Source: an uncultured Bdellovibrionales bacterium
GTDB taxonomy: Bacteria > Patescibacteriota > Minisyncoccia > Moranbacterales > GWC2-37-73
Reading direction: 5' to 3'
Assembly (NCBI GenBank): GCA_964609855.1
Contig: CAZSTB010000002.1
Coordinates: 15,541 to 79,540, forward strand
Length of the DNA: 64,000 nt
Shown: one piece after another, positions 58,980-64,000 of the stretch
How positions within the stretch are numbered: the first letter of the stretch is position 1
Layout: the number at the start of each line of letters is the position of its first letter
Notes under the pieces: model-generated
Told to the model about the DNA's origin: nothing
What the model saw: the letters and a program-made list of their open reading frames with translations, nothing else
The model's database searches: none
Position numbers and translations under genes: made by a program

Positions 58980-60107
58980 TCACTTCTCGCAATTAATTCT
59001 ATGTTCCTCCACTTCTTTTTCAATAAATTCTTTCATTCTTGCTTTGAAATTTTCGCGATTGAATTTAGCAACACGTGAGCTAATATATTCACGATTAAAA
59101 GTTAATTTTTCAAATTTAGATACAGCGCCAATAATATCTTCGGGTGTTTGCTTATCAAAGAAGACGCCCATTTTATTTTCTTCCATATGCTCAGGAACGT
59201 CTCCTCCGCGATAAGCAATTAGTGGCCTACCGGAAGCCAGCGCTTCAATCGCGACGATGCCGAAATCTTCTTCCTGTGGAAATATTACCGCGCTGCAAGT
59301 TTCGTAATATTTTTTAAGTTCTGAATCTTCGACGCGTCCCAAAAATTCAATCGTCGGTCCGGCAATCTTTTTAAGTCTGTCCATCTCAGGTCCGCGACCA
59401 ATAATCTTCAGTGGCAACCTCATCTTATTGAAAGCTTGTATAGCAATGGCATGTCTTTTGTACGCGATCAGCCGTCCGACCATCAAAAAATACCTCTCTG
59501 GCAGTGCAGTGTTATCGTGATCATTACGAACAAAAAAACTCTCCGTATCAACCGGCGGATGAATCACGATGGAATCTTTATGATAATATTTTTTTATTCG
59601 TTTGGCGACAAAATTAGAGTTTGCAATAAATTTATCTACGCGGTCGCTACTGACCTTGTCCCAAAGCCGAATATAATTCATTGCAAAGGGAATCATCATT
59701 TTAATGAAGCGCGGAAAATAAAAATCGCGCGTGTACTTTTGACAATCATCCCAAGCGTATCGCATCGGAGTATGCATGTAGCAGATATGCAGAGTGTCTG
59801 GCTTAGTAATTATGCCTTTAGCATAGCTTGAGGAATCACTCACGACGACATCATAGGACGAGAAATCGAATTGCTCAATTGCGGGCGGCATCAATAGTGG
59901 AAATATCCTGTGCCAAGTCTTCGCAAAAGGAATTTTCTGCAGGTAAGATGTATAGATCAGCTTATCATCAAAAACGCCGTGCATAGCGCTGCTATTATGC
60001 ACAATTGTGTAGATAGGCGCATATGGATATATTTCAGTCAAGCATTCAAGCACGCGCTCAGCTCCTCCATATTGCACCAGATAATCATGAACAAAAGCAA
60101 TTTTCAT
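58980..60107 (-). CDS. glycosyltransferase family 4
   Basis: MKIAFVHDYLVQYGGAERV is the N-terminus, and the GT4 fold is present. Confidence 0.85.
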   Translation of the reverse strand: MKIAFVHDYLVQYGGAERVLECLTEIYPYAPIYTIVHNSSAMHGVFDDKLIYTSYLQKIPFAKTWHRIFPLLMPPAIEQFDFSSYDVVVSDSSSYAKGIITKPDTLHICYMHTPMRYAWDDCQKYTRDFYFPRFIKMMIPFAMNYIRLWDKVSSDRVDKFIANSNFVAKRIKKYYHKDSIVIHPPVDTESFFVRNDHDNTALPERYFLMVGRLIAYKRHAIAIQAFNKMRLPLKIIGRGPEMDRLKKIAGPTIEFLGRVEDSELKKYYETCSAVIFPQEEDFGIVAIEALASGRPLIAYRGGDVPEHMEENKMGVFFDKQTPEDIIGAVSKFEKLTFNREYISSRVAKFNRENFKARMKEFIEKEVEEHRINCEK

Positions 60108-60243
60108 AAAACCTAAATCCTAACTATTAAATCCCAATGAAATTTGAATGACAAAATCTTTTTTTGATTTTTTTCATTTATTAGTCATTGGAAATTTAGA
60201 TTTAGGATTTAATAAATTATTTATAATTGGATAAATCTGTGCA

Positions 60244-61962
60244 TTATAGACTTGCTGGACTTATTTTTGCATCAATCAACATCAACTGAATCCGCTTGTT
60301 TCCATTCCATTCATCTTTTTGAACATTGCAAAGGATATCCACATTGTCATTCAAATTGATATGTGCAAATTTTCCAAAACCGTTGAAACATACCGCTTCA
60401 AAAATTTTCGGGCTACCATCTGAAGGCGAAAGGAATAATTTAATATGTTTTTCGCCGCTGCCAAGGGTGCGCTTTTCTCTGACAATTAATTTGGACATTG
60501 CAAATACCGGCTCTTCATTACCCATCCCGAAAGGCTTAAGTTTTTCTAAGCCCTCTACCAATTCAAAATCGATATCATTGGCATCAATATTTCCATCCAC
60601 TGCAATCTCCTCCTCCAGTTCAATTCCCTCAAGTTGCGCACTAATCAATTGGTTCATTTTTTCATAAAATTTTTCAAGGTTTTCGTTGGAAACTGTTGCT
60701 CCTGCTGCTTGAGCATGCCCTCCAAATTTAACCAATAATTCTTTGCATTGTCCGATTGTTTCAATAATATTAATCTGCGGAATACTTCTAAAAGAACCTT
60801 TACTAACTTCCTGCCCTTTCTGAAAAACTGCGCTTGGCTTGTTGAATTTTTGCGAAATTTTCCCCGCTACCAAACCCACCACTCCAATTGGAAAATGCTC
60901 CCCAACAGCAAAAATAAATTTTTTATCCTTATACAAATTTTGTGCAATTATGCGCACTTCGTCCACGACTTTTTCAGTAATTTTTTGCCTCTCGGTATTA
61001 TTTGCTTCAAGCTCAAGTGCAAAATCTCGGGCACGCACAACATCCGTTTCCACCACTAAATTATAAGCTAGATTGGCATGATTAATACGACCTGCGGCAT
61101 TGATGCGTGGTGCAATATAAAAAGAAACTTTCTTGGTATCAGGGACAGCTGTTTCATCAACAACAATCGAACCTACCATGAACATCTCCCTTAATCCAAC
61201 TCGACGTGTTTTCGAAAGCACAATGAGCCCATATTTAACAAAAAGCCTATTTTCACCGACAAGCGGTACACAATCCGCAATTGTCCCAATCGCCACCAAA
61301 TCTAACATCCACTTGGTCTGCTCGATTTTATCCGGCATTAATTTTTGAAATATTGCTTGAACCACCTTATAAGCTACGCCAACTCCAGCAAGATCTTCAT
61401 AGGGATATTTACTTGCTTGATCGTGCGGATTGATTATAGCTAAAGCTGCAGGAACAACATCTGGAACATGGTGGTGATCCGTAATGATCACATCAATGCC
61501 GAGTTCATTCGCTTTAGCCACTTCAGCGATGTTCGTTATGCCGCAGTCCACGGTAATTATCAAAGAAGCATTTTTTTCTTTTATCTTATCCACTGCAGCT
61601 AAGTTCATACCGTAACCCTCTAGACGTTTATCAGGAATGTATACGAAAGATTCTATGTCTAATCTGTCGAGAGTTTCCTTTATGATTGCGGAAGATGTGA
61701 TACCATCAGCGTCATAATCTCCAAAAATCGCTACTATTTCTTTTTCATCTTGGGCCTGCTTGATGCGGCTGACGACTTTTTCCATGTCGGCAAAAAGAAA
61801 TGGATCATGCGAATCCATTTCATAGCTTGGTGTAATAAAACTTGAAATATCTTTCTCTAACGTTACGCCTCGACTATTGAGCAATTTCACCAGTAAAGGG
61901 TGAAGCTGCAGAGAGCATGTAGTTGATATATCATCAAACTGTTTAAACGACCATTTTGCCAT
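60244..61962 (-). CDS. recJ: single-stranded-DNA-specific exonuclease RecJ
   Basis: The DHH family motifs (GDYDADGITS, ITDHHH) and the DHHA1 C-terminal region are present. Confidence 0.9.
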   Translation of the reverse strand: MAKWSFKQFDDISTTCSLQLHPLLVKLLNSRGVTLEKDISSFITPSYEMDSHDPFLFADMEKVVSRIKQAQDEKEIVAIFGDYDADGITSSAIIKETLDRLDIESFVYIPDKRLEGYGMNLAAVDKIKEKNASLIITVDCGITNIAEVAKANELGIDVIITDHHHVPDVVPAALAIINPHDQASKYPYEDLAGVGVAYKVVQAIFQKLMPDKIEQTKWMLDLVAIGTIADCVPLVGENRLFVKYGLIVLSKTRRVGLREMFMVGSIVVDETAVPDTKKVSFYIAPRINAAGRINHANLAYNLVVETDVVRARDFALELEANNTERQKITEKVVDEVRIIAQNLYKDKKFIFAVGEHFPIGVVGLVAGKISQKFNKPSAVFQKGQEVSKGSFRSIPQINIIETIGQCKELLVKFGGHAQAAGATVSNENLEKFYEKMNQLISAQLEGIELEEEIAVDGNIDANDIDFELVEGLEKLKPFGMGNEEPVFAMSKLIVREKRTLGSGEKHIKLFLSPSDGSPKIFEAVCFNGFGKFAHINLNDNVDILCNVQKDEWNGNKRIQLMLIDAKISPASL

Positions 61963-62047
61963 ACTAGTAATTCGGTAAGATTAGTTATGCTTAAATAACG
62001 CACAAAAAACTATCTCTTTCTTTCTACGGAAGAAAAGCGATCTTTTT

Positions 62048-62626
62048 CTACTTCCCACAGTTTGGACAAACAAATTTTGTTTCAAAAATACGCTCTTTGG
62101 CATTTTTTGTTTTCAAATTGAGCACCAACCTCTCATTACAGTCCAAGCAAAGAAAACCTGGCTGAAAATTAAGCTCCTTAGCTATTCTATTAGCATCTAA
62201 TTCAAAAGTATCAAATCTTAGACGATATTCAGCGCCAGCTTCATCAAACAAAGCTTTTATCCGCTTAACAACCTCAACGGGCCTCGTTGCATCCCGAATA
62301 ATAAAATCCTTGGCGCCAAGCTCCATCGCCCGCTCCATGTCTGTACCACGTCCCATGTGAGAGGAAATTACAACTGGAATATTTGCTGTCATCACGGTTT
62401 TTTTTAAAGCCTCCATCATATCAAAACCATCCATTCTTGGCATAATAATACCGGTAAAAATTACATCCGGAAGGTTGGTGCTTGCTTTATCCAGACCAGC
62501 CAAGCCGTCATTAGCTTCCAGAACCTCAAAGTTTGCGCTTTGAAAAATCTCAGCATACATCTCCCGCAAAACAGCGTCATCATCAACCAAAAGGATTTTC
62601 AATTTTTTTTCTTCCATAATATTCAT
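62048..62626 (-). CDS. response-regulator receiver domain fused to a C-terminal four-Cys zinc-ribbon-like domain
   Basis: The REC domain has LLVDDD, a phospho-acceptor Asp region and DVIFTGIIMPRMDG. The C-terminal ~60 aa contain CLDC…(25)…CPNC. Confidence 0.7.
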   Translation of the reverse strand: MNIMEEKKLKILLVDDDAVLREMYAEIFQSANFEVLEANDGLAGLDKASTNLPDVIFTGIIMPRMDGFDMMEALKKTVMTANIPVVISSHMGRGTDMERAMELGAKDFIIRDATRPVEVVKRIKALFDEAGAEYRLRFDTFELDANRIAKELNFQPGFLCLDCNERLVLNLKTKNAKERIFETKFVCPNCGK

Positions 62627-62706
62627 TACATCATTTGCACGCGAATAACTCCGCGAATACCCTGATGCTCAAATGTTTATACACTTAGATGTTAAGGGTT
62701 TAGCTG

Positions 62707-64000
62707 CTAAATGATTATCTTTATATCAACTGCACTGGCCAATCTACCATCATTATAAATAAAAAGCGGATTAATATCAAATTCTGAAATCTCTAAATTC
62801 TCGCTTGAAAATTCCATCAAGCCCTCAATGATATTTGAAAATTCTTCCAGATCATATGGAGCTTGGCCGCGAGCGCCGGAAAATAAGAATCCAATCTTAC
62901 TTGAAAGCACGTGGGATTTTATTTCTTCGCGAGTCATTGGAGCAATCAGAAAATTAACCATGCGAAAAACTTCAGCATAAATACCACCTAAACCGTAAAC
63001 GATTACCGGTCCGAAGATGTCATCTTTTTTAATTCCCAAAATTAATTCTATTTGTTTTTTCTGCATCGGCTGGATGAGAATTTTTTCTCCAGGAAAATTT
63101 TCTGAAAGTTTGTCGATCGCACTGTCTAATTCTTTCTGGTCAGTGATATTCAAAATAACTCCTTGTCTGTCAGATTTGTGAAGCACCTTATCACTATCGA
63201 TCTTAGCTACCAGCGGAAAAGTCTCAATGAGAGGTTTCTCTCCAACAGAAATTGTCCAATACTGTCCAGCTTCAATGCCATATTGCCGCATAACCTTTGC
63301 CGCCTCATCAAAAAACATAGCTCCGCGCTTTTCTTTTTTAATTTTCGCAATTACTGCACTGACATTTTTTTTGCGCACGGAATTAACTGCTGTTTTTGGT
63401 GAAGATCCAGCTTGTTTTTTAAAAACGCTCCATCTATAATATTTATCCAAACACGCGATCGCACTTTCGGGACTCGAAAAATTAGCAATGCCATCTGCCT
63501 TAAGTTCATCAACTGCCTTTTTCACTCTTTGACCTCCGATAAAAATTGCCAAATTTGTGCTGTTACTTTTAATCTTGTTGCCTATGATTGTTTTTGCGAT
63601 TTTTTCCACCGGCGTTTGCTGCTGAGGTGTTAGAACGGAAATAATACTGCCGAAAGATGAGCCAATGATTTTAAATGCGCTTTGATAGCGGTCATCTCCC
63701 GCATCTCCCAATAAATCGAAAGGGTTTTCCACTGATGCTTCTCCTGGTAGTTCAGTCTTCAAAGCTTCCTTGTCTTTTTTTGACAACTCGCCCAGAATTA
63801 TTTCCTTGCCTTTGAAAGCATCCGTAGTTAAAACTCCCGCACCGCCGGCATTGGTGATCACTGCCACTTTATTATTTTTTGGAGCTGGCGTAAAAGATAT
63901 CAGCGAAATTAAATCGAAAAATTCATCAAGATTATCCGCGCGAATTATTCCTGCTTTTTCAAATGCCACATCCACAATCTCGTCGCTTCCAGCAAGAGCG
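62707..64000 (-). CDS. acetate-CoA ligase (ADP-forming)/acyl-CoA synthetase (NDP-forming) family protein, 5' end beyond the window
   Basis: The CoA-ligase/ATP-grasp arrangement (…VAVITNAGGAGVLTTD…, ATP-grasp C-terminal half) is present. The track's M at 63975 is internal, since the family N-terminal CoA-binding domain is missing. Confidence 0.65.
   Translation of the reverse strand, partial: ALAGSDEIVDVAFEKAGIIRADNLDEFFDLISLISFTPAPKNNKVAVITNAGGAGVLTTDAFKGKEIILGELSKKDKEALKTELPGEASVENPFDLLGDAGDDRYQSAFKIIGSSFGSIISVLTPQQQTPVEKIAKTIIGNKIKSNSTNLAIFIGGQRVKKAVDELKADGIANFSSPESAIACLDKYYRWSVFKKQAGSSPKTAVNSVRKKNVSAVIAKIKKEKRGAMFFDEAAKVMRQYGIEAGQYWTISVGEKPLIETFPLVAKIDSDKVLHKSDRQGVILNITDQKELDSAIDKLSENFPGEKILIQPMQKKQIELILGIKKDDIFGPVIVYGLGGIYAEVFRMVNFLIAPMTREEIKSHVLSSKIGFLFSGARGQAPYDLEEFSNIIEGLMEFSSENLEISEFDINPLFIYNDGRLASAVDIKIII

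Overview
This window is an AT-rich, gene-dense bacterial chromosome segment. There are no rRNA or tRNA genes, no CRISPR array and no transposase or integrase that I could recognise. From about 12.8 kb to the end (~50 kb), nearly every credible gene is on the minus strand.

The content is housekeeping plus a large cell-envelope glycan locus:
- An isc operon (Rrf2 regulator, cysteine desulfurase, a truncated IscU at the window edge).
- Nucleotide metabolism: an archaeal-type UMP kinase and CTP synthase.
- Ribosomal proteins L27 and L9.
- GalU plus a complete but dispersed dTDP-rhamnose pathway (rmlA, rmlD, rmlB, rmlC), and GlyA.
- A surface-polysaccharide locus: five GT4 glycosyltransferases, a Wzy-like polymerase, two Wzz/PCP-like proteins, two DUF4012 proteins, a secreted parallel beta-helix protein and MurJ.
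- Proteostasis genes (ClpB, two HtrA-like proteins, a PrsA/SurA-like PPIase), LepA, an FtsB-like protein, RecJ, an orphan response regulator and an ADP-forming acetyl-CoA synthetase truncated at the 3' edge.

The flavour is that of a reduced-genome bacterium, plausibly Patescibacteria/CPR-like. That is an inference from the archaeal-type pyrH, the Cas4-like nuclease, the abundance of DUF4012 and GT4 genes, and the many tiny membrane proteins.

The most unusual things I see:
1. GC-rich genes with G/C-biased third codon positions, all encoding signal-peptide proteins or lipoproteins, inserted mosaically into the glycan locus (32.5-35.8 kb, 36.8-37.7 kb, 58.1-58.9 kb).
2. A catalytically dead HtrA paralog in an operon with a polytopic membrane protein.
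3. A family of roughly 25-nt 'TTGTCATCC-hairpin-GGAT' palindromic elements clustered around the Rrf2 regulator.
4. A Cas4-like PD-(D/E)XK nuclease, a small basic membrane protein and a PolB-exo-like 3'-5' exonuclease grouped as a module.
5. An L27 with a roughly 65-aa Lys/Ala-rich tail.
6. A REC domain fused to a C-terminal four-cysteine ribbon.
7. A GC-rich structured non-coding region upstream of htrA.
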